Part shown: positions 10,478 through 20,256 of the stretch, in pieces
How positions within the stretch are numbered: the stretch's first letter is position 1
How the letters are laid out: every line of letters starts with the position of its first letter
Notes under the pieces: model-generated
Seen by the model: only the letters and a program-made list of their open reading frames with translations
What the model was told of the DNA's origin: nothing
Databases searched by the model: none
Assembly (NCBI GenBank): GCA_934096125.1
Contig: CAKOLB010000004.1
Span: forward strand, 55,117 to 119,116
Length of the DNA: 64,000 nucleotides
Source: an uncultured Bacilli bacterium
Lineage (GTDB): Bacteria > Bacillota_I > Bacilli_A > RF39 > UBA660
Reading direction: 5' to 3'
Made by a program: the position numbers and the translations under genes

Positions 10478-10728
10478 TTATAAATAATTTTGATTGATTT
10501 TTTTGATAATGGAGTTAGGGTAAGGTTTTCTTTCATCAGTTTTGCCTACGATATAATCTATTGATGTGTCGTAAAATATAGCTAGTTCATAAAGCTAGTT
10601 GATTGGCATTAGTCTTTTGCCTATTTCACATTCACTAAATTGTTGCTGTTTAATTCCAAGGGCATTAGCTGCATCTTTTTGTTTTAAATCTTTGTCTTCT
10701 CTAATTCTTTAAGTCTATTGATATTCAT
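10478..10728 (-). pseudogene. decayed XRE-family HTH regulator
   Basis: The minus strand reads MNINRLKEL. A 1-nt frameshift is then needed to continue REDKDLKQKDAANALGIKQQQFSECEIGKRLMPIN. An in-frame TAG follows, then LYELAIFYDTSIDYIVGKTDERKPYPN. No intact ORF appears in the track. Confidence 0.6.
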
Positions 10729-10875
10729 ATGGAGTTTATTATTCTAGACAAAGTATTGGGCACTGCCAGGCTATGATGCATCTGGAAATGATATTAGAAA
10801 AGAAATTATAAAATATAAAATTTGATTTAATCGATTTGGATACTGAAACAAAATCAAACCCAATTAGGATAAACT

Positions 10876-10913
10876 AAAAAGTTAGTAAATTATTTAGTCT
10901 TTACTAACTTTTT
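10876..10913. terminator. bidirectional hairpin terminator overlapping the 3' end of the murJ-like gene
   Basis: AAAAAGTTAGTAAA..TTTACTAACTTTTT: perfect 9-bp GTTAGTAAA/TTTACTAAC stem flanked by A and T runs. The stop codon lies in the loop. Confidence 0.6.
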
Positions 10914-12515
10914 CTTTGGAAGTTTATTAATTATTCTATCTCCTAGTAGTTTGTTTAATAAGTCTTTATTCATGCTATAGTATAAAACTAGTGATGAAAG
11001 ACCGATGACCGCAAGAATTGTAAATGTTATGATTTTGCTGTAAGAATGGTCAAAAATTAAGTTGCGAGCTATAGTGCATATGATAACTAAAATGATAATT
11101 GTAATAAATAATTTAGGAATAGATTTAAGAGTTTCTTTGTAGCTGAAATTATATTTGTGTTTGAGTGTATATAAAGGAATTAATAGTGATAAACAGTAGC
11201 CGATGGTAGTTGCTAAGATAGCTCCATAAAATGGATAAATACCAATTTTGTTGAATAATAAAATTAAAGGAATATCAAGAATGGTTTTAGTGATAAGACC
11301 AATACCTACCGATGTATATATGAGTTTTGTTTTATTTAAACCTTGAAGAGCACTACATATCATTATGTAAGCAGAGTCTAAAATGGCTAGTAAAATGGTA
11401 TATTTAAATATTAGAGGTCCATAAAAACTTTGACCATAGAAACAAGTCCATATTTCTTTGGAAAAGATACTTAAGAAAATTGATAGGGGAAGTATTGCAT
11501 AAAGTAATACTTGAAGTGTTTTGTTAAATTGTAAGTTTACTTCTTTCATATCTTTTTTAGTAAAAGCTTCCACAATTGAGGGAATAAGACTGATGACTAG
11601 GCCTGTTGCAATGGCTGTAACAACACTTACAAGTTTTGCACCCCAGGTGGTAAAGATACTACTGATGGTTTCGATATCTTCGGCAGGATAACCAATCCAG
11701 TTTAAACCTTTGATAACTAAAATCATATCAACAGAATTATAAATACTGTTAGCAACATTGATAACGATGAAAGGAATGCAGTAGCCGATTAATTTTTTTA
11801 AGATAGATTTCTTTTCTTCTTGAGAGACTTCTTCGTACTTTGTAAATAAGTCTTTTTTGATGGCCCTAGTTTTTATAAGTAAGTACATATAAGAGATAAT
11901 GGCTCCGATGAATGCTCCAGAAACGGCGATACCTACGGCTTTAGCAACATTTAAATGAAATACTTTAAGAGCTAGAAAAGAACCAATGATGATTATTAGA
12001 ACTCTGGTAAATTGTTCGATAACTTGGCCAATTGATGGAGCGGCGATGTACCGGTGTCCTTGAAGATATCCTCTTAAAATACTTAGAAGAGGAACAACTA
12101 ATATGGCAAAAGATACACACCTAAGAACGTATGTTACATCGGCAACAGAATTTCCGCCTTGTAAATCACCAACGATAACCTGAGCTATTAATGGAGCACC
12201 GAAAAAACAAATACAAAAAGAGACAATAGAAAATATCTGAATGATTTTACTAGCATACTTAAACATATATGTTTTTTCTTTTTGTTTTCCTAAAGTGTTG
12301 TATTCACTTGTTATCTTACTAATGGCAAGAGGTATGCCGGCGGAAGAAATTATAAGAAAGAAATTATATATATTGTAAGCATAACCATATAAAGACCCAC
12401 CGTTTTCACCAATTATATTATAGAAAGGAATAACGTATACTACTCCTAAAATTTTGGATACGATAATAGCAATTGTGGCAATTAAAGCGCCTTCCATAAA
12501 TTCATTTTTTTTCAA
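10890..12515 (-). CDS. MOP-superfamily flippase (MurJ/SpoVB family)
   Basis: 541 aa with about 14 predicted TM segments and a MurJ/SpoVB-like N-terminus (GALIATIAIIVSKILGVVYVIPF). Confidence 0.7.
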   Translation of the reverse strand: MKKNEFMEGALIATIAIIVSKILGVVYVIPFYNIIGENGGSLYGYAYNIYNFFLIISSAGIPLAISKITSEYNTLGKQKEKTYMFKYASKIIQIFSIVSFCICFFGAPLIAQVIVGDLQGGNSVADVTYVLRCVSFAILVVPLLSILRGYLQGHRYIAAPSIGQVIEQFTRVLIIIIGSFLALKVFHLNVAKAVGIAVSGAFIGAIISYMYLLIKTRAIKKDLFTKYEEVSQEEKKSILKKLIGYCIPFIVINVANSIYNSVDMILVIKGLNWIGYPAEDIETISSIFTTWGAKLVSVVTAIATGLVISLIPSIVEAFTKKDMKEVNLQFNKTLQVLLYAILPLSIFLSIFSKEIWTCFYGQSFYGPLIFKYTILLAILDSAYIMICSALQGLNKTKLIYTSVGIGLITKTILDIPLILLFNKIGIYPFYGAILATTIGYCLSLLIPLYTLKHKYNFSYKETLKSIPKLFITIIILVIICTIARNLIFDHSYSKIITFTILAVIGLSSLVLYYSMNKDLLNKLLGDRIINKLPKKKLVKTK

Positions 12516-12690
12516 GTTATCATCTCCGTCTTCCTAATTATAATAGAAAATTTAGGGTGAGGCAAATAAATTTAAGGGAAAATGTCAAGTAGGGGTAAAA
12601 GTTATGAGGTGTTATGAAAGTGTCAAGTTCTTTTTTTATTATTTTAATAATCTAAAAAGTCGTGTTATAATTATGGTGGAGGATTGTCTT

Positions 12691-13392
12691 ATGAAGTTTA
12701 TTGAATTAAAAAATGTTAATAAAACTTATAAAAATGGGATAACAGCGATTGCGGATTTGTCGGTGGGAATTACCAAAGGTGAATTTGTCTTTGTAATAGG
12801 TCTTACCGCCAGTGGAAAATCGACGTTTATTAAAATGTTATATAGAGAAGAAAAACCAACTAGTGGAACTGTTTATGTTGGTGGTTTAAATGTGGGGAAA
12901 CTTAGAAATGGTAAGGTTTACAAACTTAGAAGAAAACTAGGAATTGTTTTTCAAGATTTTAAACTTTTGCCAAAGCTTACGGTTTATGAAAACGTTGCTT
13001 TTGCTCTTGAATGTATTGGTCTTAAGTCTAGTGAGATTAGACCAAAGGTTTTAAATGCCTTGGAAAGAGTAGGCTTAAAAGAAAAGGTAAGGGCATTTCC
13101 AGGGGAACTATCTGGTGGAGAACAGCAAAGAGTGTGTATTGCTAGGGCAATTGTAAATGAGCCAAAACTACTTATTTGTGATGAACCTACAGGTAATTTA
13201 GATCCTAAAACTAGTAAAGAAATTATGAAAGTAATTGAAAACATTAATAAAGATTTAGGGACAACTATAGTTATGGCTACTCATGATAAAGAAATAGTGG
13301 ACCGAATGAAGAAAAGAGTTCTTTTGATAGACCATGGGGTTTTAGCAGGAGACTATGCGAAAGGAAGTTATAAGACAAATGAGGGTGTGTAG
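12691..13392 (+). CDS. ftsE: cell division ATP-binding protein FtsE
   Basis: Walker A GLTASGKST, signature LSGGEQQR, Walker B LLICDEPTGNLD. Start moved to ATG 12691 behind GGTGGAGG. Confidence 0.9.
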   Translation: MKFIELKNVNKTYKNGITAIADLSVGITKGEFVFVIGLTASGKSTFIKMLYREEKPTSGTVYVGGLNVGKLRNGKVYKLRRKLGIVFQDFKLLPKLTVYENVAFALECIGLKSSEIRPKVLNALERVGLKEKVRAFPGELSGGEQQRVCIARAIVNEPKLLICDEPTGNLDPKTSKEIMKVIENINKDLGTTIVMATHDKEIVDRMKKRVLLIDHGVLAGDYAKGSYKTNEGV

Positions 13393-14272
13393 AATATTTA
13401 TAAGAAGTGTTAGAGATGCTTTTAAAAGTGTAGTTAGAAATTTCTCTTTAAGTTTTGCTTCAATCATGTGTACAACAATAACTCTTATTTTAGTATCTGT
13501 AGCTTTGATATGTGCTTTAAATGTGGATAATGCAACTAAGATGGTCGAAAATGAATTAACTGTTGTAGTATATTTGAAAAAAGATGTAACTGATGATGTG
13601 GTTAGTAATATTAAGGCAGATTTGAAAAATCAAGGGAATATAAGTGAGATGACTTATAAAAGTAAAGATGAGTGGAAAAGTGAAATGAGTGAATATGATG
13701 ATGCTTTTAAAACTGTCCTTGATTACTTAGATGAAAATCCTTTGCTTGATTCTTTTGTTATTAAAGTAAAAGATGTGAAGAAGTTAAAGGAAACTAGTGA
13801 GTATATTAAAACTTTAGATGGTGTAGATACTGTCAAATATGGTGAGGGAATGGTTGAAACTGTTATCTCGGTATTTGATATAGTTCAAAAGGTAGTTATT
13901 GTGGTGGTAATAGCTTTAGTGCTTGTTACAGGTTTTCTAATTAGTAATACTATTAAACTTACAATATTTAGCCGAAGAAATGAAATAGAAATAATGAGAC
14001 TCGTTGGTGCTAGCAATATGGCGATTAAATTACCATTTTTATTCGAAGGCTTTATGATTGGTTTAATTGGTTCAATAATTCCAGTGTGTGTAACAATTTA
14101 TGGATATGTAATTTTGTATACGCGATTACATGGTAGATTATTTTCTAATATGCTTATGCTTATTAAACCTTATAATTTTGTATTTTATGTCTCTTTAATA
14201 CTAGTTTTAATTGGAGCTTTAGTAGGTATGTATGGTAGTGTTAAAGCCGTTAGGAAGTATTTGAAGATATGA
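13379..14272 (+). CDS. ftsX: cell division permease-like protein FtsX
   Basis: Four-TM FtsX topology with an extracytoplasmic domain, and EIEIMRLVGAS motif. The start is uncertain (13355 or ATG 13379); either overlaps the ftsE end. Confidence 0.85.
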   Translation: MRVCRIFIRSVRDAFKSVVRNFSLSFASIMCTTITLILVSVALICALNVDNATKMVENELTVVVYLKKDVTDDVVSNIKADLKNQGNISEMTYKSKDEWKSEMSEYDDAFKTVLDYLDENPLLDSFVIKVKDVKKLKETSEYIKTLDGVDTVKYGEGMVETVISVFDIVQKVVIVVVIALVLVTGFLISNTIKLTIFSRRNEIEIMRLVGASNMAIKLPFLFEGFMIGLIGSIIPVCVTIYGYVILYTRLHGRLFSNMLMLIKPYNFVFYVSLILVLIGALVGMYGSVKAVRKYLKI

Positions 14273-15480
14273 TGAAGATGGTAAATTATTTTGTGCGTTA
14301 TATTCTAGCTATATGTATGATTTGTGCTTCTTTTATGGTAAATATTAAAAGTGCAAGTGCAAAAAGTGAAGCGACTACTTTGGCAGAACTTCGGCAAGAG
14401 CTTAAGAATTTACAAGCAAAAAAACAAAGTACACAAAATCAGAAGAACATGACGGAAAAAGAAAAGAGACAAAGAAATAATGATATTATGAATGCCAATC
14501 AGGAGATTCAAAATTCGGAGAATAAGATTGCTGAGGCTAAGGCTGATATCGAAGCAACACAAGTAAAGATTGCTGAGCTTGACAAACAGACTAAGGATCT
14601 TATGGAGTCCTATCAAGTGATGCTGGGTGATAATTCTTATCTAGAGTTTGTGACAGATTCTTCGTCGATGACTGAGCTTATCATGAGAATAGATGCTGTG
14701 CGGCAAGTAACTAATTACAATAAAGATAAACTAGCAGAGATGGAAGAACTTATTAAGACTAATGAGCAAAAACAAGTAGATTTAAAAAATTATGAAGTAG
14801 AACTTAATAATAATATTGATTCTTATCAAAAACAAATTGAAAGTTTAGACTCTAGTTTGCTTGCTCTTTCTGATATTTCAATTGGTATCGATGAAGAAAT
14901 TGATATTGTACAAACAAATATAAAAAATTATGTAGCAATGGGATGTGGAGAAAATCAAAAATTTACGGAATGTGCTTCATATTCTTATAATAGTACTTGG
15001 TTAAAGCCTGTTACCAAGGGGACTGTGACTAGTTTATTTGGCTGGCGAAAGTTAAACGGAGCTAGTAGCAACCATAGTGGTATTGATATTGGAACGCCGG
15101 AAGGAACAAGTGTTTATTCGGCCACAAATGGGAAAGTTGTCTATATTATAAGAGGCTCTAGTTGTGGGGGAAATCAAGTTTATATTGAGTCTAAAGTAGA
15201 TGGTGTTACTTATACGATGCTTTATGCACACATGTTATCAATTAATGTTAGCCTTCATCAAGATGTAAGTAATCAAACAGTTATAGGTAAATCTGGAGGT
15301 CAAAGTACGGCGAAAAAGTATGGTGGCTATGATAGATGTACTTTTGGAGCGCATCTTCACTATAGTGTTTCAAAGAGTAACTGGACTACTTGGTCACACT
15401 TCTATTCTAATTTAATTAATCCGCCGGGATTTCCAGGAAAAGGTGCTTCGTTTTATTCGCGGACACAATGGTTTAGATAA
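14269..15480 (+). CDS. M23-family peptidoglycan metalloendopeptidase with coiled-coil N-domain (FtsEX-partner type)
   Basis: Signal peptide, long coiled coil, and M23 motifs HSGIDIG and GAHLHY. Immediately downstream of ftsEX. Confidence 0.8.
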   Translation: MMKMVNYFVRYILAICMICASFMVNIKSASAKSEATTLAELRQELKNLQAKKQSTQNQKNMTEKEKRQRNNDIMNANQEIQNSENKIAEAKADIEATQVKIAELDKQTKDLMESYQVMLGDNSYLEFVTDSSSMTELIMRIDAVRQVTNYNKDKLAEMEELIKTNEQKQVDLKNYEVELNNNIDSYQKQIESLDSSLLALSDISIGIDEEIDIVQTNIKNYVAMGCGENQKFTECASYSYNSTWLKPVTKGTVTSLFGWRKLNGASSNHSGIDIGTPEGTSVYSATNGKVVYIIRGSSCGGNQVYIESKVDGVTYTMLYAHMLSINVSLHQDVSNQTVIGKSGGQSTAKKYGGYDRCTFGAHLHYSVSKSNWTTWSHFYSNLINPPGFPGKGASFYSRTQWFR

Positions 15481-15482
15481 TT

Positions 15483-15983
15483 ATGGAAGTTAAAAGAGTT
15501 GTAGTAGGTGACCTGCAAGAAAACTGTTATATTGTAAGTGATGGTAAGTATTCTTTAATTATTGACCCAGGAAGTGAAGCGGATAAAATATTAGAAGCTG
15601 CTAAAGACTTAAATGTTGTGGAAGTTCTTGTTACTCATCATCACTTTGACCATGTTGGAGCTTTAAAGCCAATTTTAAATCATTATAATTTAGAAGAAAA
15701 TAAAAGAAGTGGAAAATTTAATTATGAGATAATTTTAGTGCCCGGGCATACTTTGGATAGTAAATGTATTTATTTTCCTGATGATAAAATTATGTTTACA
15801 GGCGATTTTATCTTCTATAACGCAATTGGAAGAACTGATTTGGGTGGAAGTGATACTCTTATGAAGCAAAGTCTTGAAAGTATGATGGCTTATCCAGATG
15901 ATCTTATCCTGTATCCGGGGCATGGTTCGTCCACAACTTTAGGACGAGAAAAACAAAATTTTAAATATTATTATGATAATTAA
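15483..15983 (+). CDS. MBL-fold metallo-hydrolase
   Basis: THHHFDH motif, with downstream PGHT and GH residues. Confidence 0.8.
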   Translation: MEVKRVVVGDLQENCYIVSDGKYSLIIDPGSEADKILEAAKDLNVVEVLVTHHHFDHVGALKPILNHYNLEENKRSGKFNYEIILVPGHTLDSKCIYFPDDKIMFTGDFIFYNAIGRTDLGGSDTLMKQSLESMMAYPDDLILYPGHGSSTTLGREKQNFKYYYDN

Positions 15984-16084
15984 AACTACTTATTTGCGTA
16001 ATAAGTAGTTTTTTTAGTGGGAAAATGTGATGGTAAGTGTTTAGGACAAGAAAAAACTGATAAGAAATCTACTTATCAATTTTT

Positions 16085-16453
16085 TTAATATGTTTTTTCT
16101 GAGTAACTATGAGAATAAATAATTGGTTCCATAAATTCAACATAATTTAAGTAAATAATTCGGATTAAGTACCATAAGTTATTGGTGTTGTCTCGGATTA
16201 TTAAGTGGTCTTTGCCTGCTTCTTCAATAATTCCCTCATATACTTTATTTTGCCAAGCACTACTGTCGGGATAAGAGACATAAGCTTTGATTTTTCTTCC
16301 TTTGTTAAGTCTTAATATATTTTCAATATAACTTGCTTCCATCACTGGTGTTTTTTCTACTTCAATTGAAGACATGTTTCCAGGTGGAGTAGGAAAGTTT
16401 TGCGATGGAAATGTTGGATTTTGGTAGTAGTTACCATTCATAAAATTTATCAC
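16085..16453 (-). CDS. gerQ: spore coat protein GerQ
   Basis: GerQ-like core SYIENILRLNKGRKIKAYVSY...GIIEEAGKDHLIIRD...WYLIRIIYLNYVEF after a Q/P/N-rich N-terminus. Confidence 0.75.
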   Translation of the reverse strand: MINFMNGNYYQNPTFPSQNFPTPPGNMSSIEVEKTPVMEASYIENILRLNKGRKIKAYVSYPDSSAWQNKVYEGIIEEAGKDHLIIRDNTNNLWYLIRIIYLNYVEFMEPIIYSHSYSEKTY

Positions 16454-16529
16454 CTCTAAAAAAGTATATGTTTCTCTTTTCTTTTTTTGCTTATTTATGT
16501 TAAACTTATTATAAAAGTAGGTAGTAGTT

Positions 16530-17405
16530 ATGGATAATCTGAGTATAAAAGAAATAGTTATTAATGGATTGTGTTTTGTTTTCGGTGTATTTTTATATGC
16601 TTTAACCTTTAATTTGTTTTTAACTCCTAATAATTTGGTGGTATCAGGTTTTAGTGGTGTTGCAATTGTCGTGCAACAGTGGTTTGGAGTTACTCCATCA
16701 ATATTTATCTATGTTATGAATCTTTTGATGCTTGTAGTTGGTTTAATAGTTCTTGGATGGAGCGCTACAAAAAGAAATTTAGCGGGTTCATTATTATATC
16801 CATATATGATTATTGCATCGATGCCTATTGCTAAGTTTTTGAGTAAATATTTAATAAGTGATGATTTTTATTTAGTACTACTTTTTTCAACTATATTTTA
16901 TGGCGTTAGTAGTGGTCTTATTTATCGAAGTGGTTTTTCAACTGGTGGATCTGATATTATTATGCAGATAATTCATAAAAAGGTGCGAATTAGTGAGTCA
17001 AAGGCAATGATTGCAGCAAATACGATAATTATTATTTTGGGAATGTTTACCTTTGGCCTAAATCATGGTATTTATTCTTTTATAATTTTAGCAGGATCAA
17101 CTTATTTTGTTGATAAAATACTTTTTGGAGTATCAAATAGTAAACTTTTCTTTATTACGACGAAACATCCACATAAAATGAGAAAACTGATAATCGATGA
17201 GTTTGAAACAGGGCTTACTATTATTCCAACAAAGGGTGGATATACGAAGCAATCCGGGTTTTTAATTATGTGCGTTATAGCTAATACACAGTATTATTTA
17301 TTTAAAGAAAGAGTACTGGAGGTAGACCCGAATGCTTTTATAGTTATTGATAAGTGTTATGAAGTAAATGGAGGAGTTAAAAGAAGTAGTATTCCTTTTC
17401 TTTGA
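16530..17405 (+). CDS. YitT-family membrane protein (DUF2179 C-terminal domain)
   Basis: Five to six TM segments and a soluble C-terminal domain (TIIPTKGGYT...IVIDKCYEVNGG). Confidence 0.7.
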   Translation: MDNLSIKEIVINGLCFVFGVFLYALTFNLFLTPNNLVVSGFSGVAIVVQQWFGVTPSIFIYVMNLLMLVVGLIVLGWSATKRNLAGSLLYPYMIIASMPIAKFLSKYLISDDFYLVLLFSTIFYGVSSGLIYRSGFSTGGSDIIMQIIHKKVRISESKAMIAANTIIIILGMFTFGLNHGIYSFIILAGSTYFVDKILFGVSNSKLFFITTKHPHKMRKLIIDEFETGLTIIPTKGGYTKQSGFLIMCVIANTQYYLFKERVLEVDPNAFIVIDKCYEVNGGVKRSSIPFL

Positions 17406-17438
17406 TTTATGTGTTAAACTTACAAATGAGTGATAGAT

Positions 17439-18392
17439 ATGAAAAAAATTGTAATTTTTGGAGGAGGAAGTGGACTTTCTCAACTATTAAAGGGGATAAA
17501 GTTATTTCCTTTAGAAGTAACTGCAGTAGTTTCTGTTGCCGATAATGGTGGTAGTACAGGACTTTTACGAAGAGAACTTAATATTCCAGCGGTGGGAGAT
17601 ATTACAAAAGTAATGCTTAGTATGTCGGAAGCTAGCTCGGATGTTATCGATTTAATGAATTACCGGTTTACCAAACCAAAGTCTTTAAAGGTTCATTCAG
17701 TTAAAAATCTTTTATTGATGGCTCTTTTAGATATCAAGGGTGATTTTGCATCAGCTATGCCAATTATGGAAGACTTATTAGATGTTAAGGGAAAGATACT
17801 TCCTTTAACGGAGGATAATGTTAATTTAGTGGGTATTACTGCAAGTGGTAAAAAAATAGTAGGAGAAGAGCAGCTGACAAAGTGTGCAAGTAAAATTGTT
17901 AAAGTAGAATATGATAAAAAAATAACAGTTAATCCTAAAGTCTTAAAAGCTGTTGCAAATGCCGATTTAATTATCTTTTCTTCTGGTAGTTTGCTTACTA
18001 GTATTGTTCCACATCTAATTGATAAAACTTTAGTGGATGCGATTAATAATGCTAAAGCAGATGTGATGTATATATGTAATTTGTTTACTCAGCCAGGGGA
18101 AACTGATAATTTTACAGTTAAAGACCATATTGATTATTTAGAGAAATATTTGGGAAAAAATGCGATAGATGTTGTAATTGCTAATAATGTTGTTATGAGT
18201 AATAAGTTAGTGGCTAAGTATGCTACTGAAGAACAAAAAGATCAAATTGTATATAAAAATGAGCTTGACGATCGTGGTGTGTATGTTATTGCTGATAAAA
18301 TGTATACGATTGAAGATGGATTTTATCGGCATGATGCACTTAAAACTGGTTATTTAATCTTTTCTTATTTGATGGATGGGCGAAAAAAATGA
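17439..18392 (+). CDS. yvcK: gluconeogenesis factor YvcK (CofD-like, UPF0052)
   Basis: IVIFGGGSGLS and VADNGGSTG motifs, directly upstream of whiA. Start set to ATG 17439. Confidence 0.85.
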   Translation: MKKIVIFGGGSGLSQLLKGIKLFPLEVTAVVSVADNGGSTGLLRRELNIPAVGDITKVMLSMSEASSDVIDLMNYRFTKPKSLKVHSVKNLLLMALLDIKGDFASAMPIMEDLLDVKGKILPLTEDNVNLVGITASGKKIVGEEQLTKCASKIVKVEYDKKITVNPKVLKAVANADLIIFSSGSLLTSIVPHLIDKTLVDAINNAKADVMYICNLFTQPGETDNFTVKDHIDYLEKYLGKNAIDVVIANNVVMSNKLVAKYATEEQKDQIVYKNELDDRGVYVIADKMYTIEDGFYRHDALKTGYLIFSYLMDGRKK

Positions 18393-19303
18393 CTTTTACA
18401 ACGATGCTTAAAGAAGAAATTTCTAAAGAAGAGATAAACCTCATTAATATAAGATATGAGCTTTTGGCATTTTTAACTATTGCTGGAAAAATAAATACTG
18501 AGGAGTTACTTCTTACTTTGGAAAATGCAAGTATTGCTAGACGTATATATAAAGAACTAAAAATAATATATGGGGTAAATCCAAAAATAACTATTAGAAT
18601 GCAGAAAAGATTTAAAGTTAAACAAATATATATATTAAGTGTTAAAAATAATTTAGAGGTTATACAAGAAGATATAAATAAATTTAAGTTAGAAGATTTG
18701 GTTAGTGATGAAGAGAAGAAAGACTATTTGCTGGGAAGTTTTTTAGCTAGTGGTAATATTTCTAATCCGAGTACTAGTGGTTATCATTTGGAGTTTGTAC
18801 TAGCCTTAGAAAGTAAAGCTTTAGAGATTTTGGAAGTGTTAAATTATTTTAACTTAAAAGCGAAGATGATAAAAAGAGGATATAAATATATAACTTATAT
18901 TAAAGCTAGTGAGTGTATTAGTGATTTAATAAAGATGTTTAAAGCAACTAGTTCTTTGTTTTATTTTGAAGATATAAGAATATATAAAGATCATAAAAAT
19001 ATGGTTAATAGACTTAATAATTGTGAGATTGCTAATCAAGAGAAGAGTTTTAAATCGGGGATGGAACAAGTTAAAAATATAGAATACTTAAAAGAGCATG
19101 ATATGTTTGATTTGTTAGATGAGAAAACTAAGATTGTGGCAGAGATGAGAGTGATGTATCCAGAGTATTCGATGCAAGAGATTGCTGATTTAATAAGTAG
19201 TGAAAACAATTATAAAATAGGAAAGTCGGGTGTAAATCATCATTTTATTAAGATAAAAAATTTAGTGCAAAAAGAGATGGAGAGATGTAGGGATGAAAGT
19301 TAG
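18389..19303 (+). CDS. whiA: DNA-binding protein WhiA
   Basis: LAGLIDADG-like middle domain and a C-terminal HTH (MQEIADLI...GKSGVNHHFIKI). yvcK-whiA synteny. Confidence 0.85.
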   Translation: MTFTTMLKEEISKEEINLINIRYELLAFLTIAGKINTEELLLTLENASIARRIYKELKIIYGVNPKITIRMQKRFKVKQIYILSVKNNLEVIQEDINKFKLEDLVSDEEKKDYLLGSFLASGNISNPSTSGYHLEFVLALESKALEILEVLNYFNLKAKMIKRGYKYITYIKASECISDLIKMFKATSSLFYFEDIRIYKDHKNMVNRLNNCEIANQEKSFKSGMEQVKNIEYLKEHDMFDLLDEKTKIVAEMRVMYPEYSMQEIADLISSENNYKIGKSGVNHHFIKIKNLVQKEMERCRDES

Positions 19304-19790
19304 GTTAGCTTCAGAATTACAAAAGGATAGTATAATTGATGGTAAAGGAATAAGGACAGTTATTTGGTTTCAAGGATGCTCACATAAGTGCTTAGGGTGC
19401 CAAAATCCAGGGACGCATAGTTTTGATGGTGGTTTTGTTTGTGATACTAAAGATATATTTGTGCAAATAGATGAACTTTCTTATCAAAGTGGTATTACTT
19501 TATCTGGGGGAGACCCATTTTATCAAGCTGATGCGGCGCGTGAAATTGCTCATTATGCCCATCAAAAAGGTTTAAATGTGTGGGCATATACAGGCTTTGT
19601 TTTTGAAGATATTTTAAAAAGTGAAAATAGCATGAAAAAGCTTTTGGAAGAAATTGATGTTTTAGTGGATGGCCCTTTTATTATAGAGAAGAAAAGTTTT
19701 GGATGTAAGTTTCGCGGAAGTACTAATCAAAGAATTATAGATGTTGCTAAGTCTTTAGAAAGTGGTAAGGTGTGCTTGTATGAAGTTTGA
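19293..19790 (+). CDS. nrdG: anaerobic ribonucleoside-triphosphate reductase activating protein (radical SAM)
   Basis: FQGCSHKCLGCQNP CxxxCxxC cluster motif, GITLSGGDP, and ~165 aa length. Confidence 0.8.
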   Translation: MKVRLASELQKDSIIDGKGIRTVIWFQGCSHKCLGCQNPGTHSFDGGFVCDTKDIFVQIDELSYQSGITLSGGDPFYQADAAREIAHYAHQKGLNVWAYTGFVFEDILKSENSMKKLLEEIDVLVDGPFIIEKKSFGCKFRGSTNQRIIDVAKSLESGKVCLYEV

Positions 19791-20256
19791 TAGTAAATTA
19801 AATTATACGGTTTTAACTAATAAAGCAAATAAGACATTTTTAGAAAAATTTTCGGGTATAAGTGTGATAAATGAAAAGCTCTCTTTTGATGAGTTAAAAA
19901 AAAGCTTAGAGTTTTTTCCAAGTAAGCAAGTGGTGTTTGTAGAAACATTTTCTTATTTGCAAAAAACAGAAAGAGAGGCAGTAATTAAAATGTTGGAGCT
20001 AGAAAATGTAAAGTTTATTAATGTGACAAGTGATGTGGAAGAGGCTTTATATAGTGATTATGTTTATGTATTTGATGAAGATAATATGGTTTTAGAAGGA
20101 AAGACTTTCGAAGTACTTGAAAATGAAAAAATGTTAAAACAATTAGGATATGGGTTGCCATTTGTTACAGATTTATCAAGACAACTTATGATTTATGATC
20201 TTTTAGACTATCCATTTTATGATGTGAAAGATTTAGTGGAGGAATTATGGAGTTAA
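19780..20256 (+). CDS. degenerate EcfA-like ABC ATPase remnant (C-terminal half only, catalytic motifs lost)
   Basis: Resembles the Walker B-to-C-terminus part of ECF energy-coupling ATPases. It has VETF in place of DEPT and VTS in place of ITH, with no Walker A. It sits where ecfA1 normally lies upstream of truA. Confidence 0.5.
   Translation: MKFDSKLNYTVLTNKANKTFLEKFSGISVINEKLSFDELKKSLEFFPSKQVVFVETFSYLQKTEREAVIKMLELENVKFINVTSDVEEALYSDYVYVFDEDNMVLEGKTFEVLENEKMLKQLGYGLPFVTDLSRQLMIYDLLDYPFYDVKDLVEELWS

Noticed and set aside
19293-19790. nrdG without an adjacent nrdD as an anomaly.
   Set aside because: nrdD may simply lie elsewhere in the genome, and this cannot be judged from one window.
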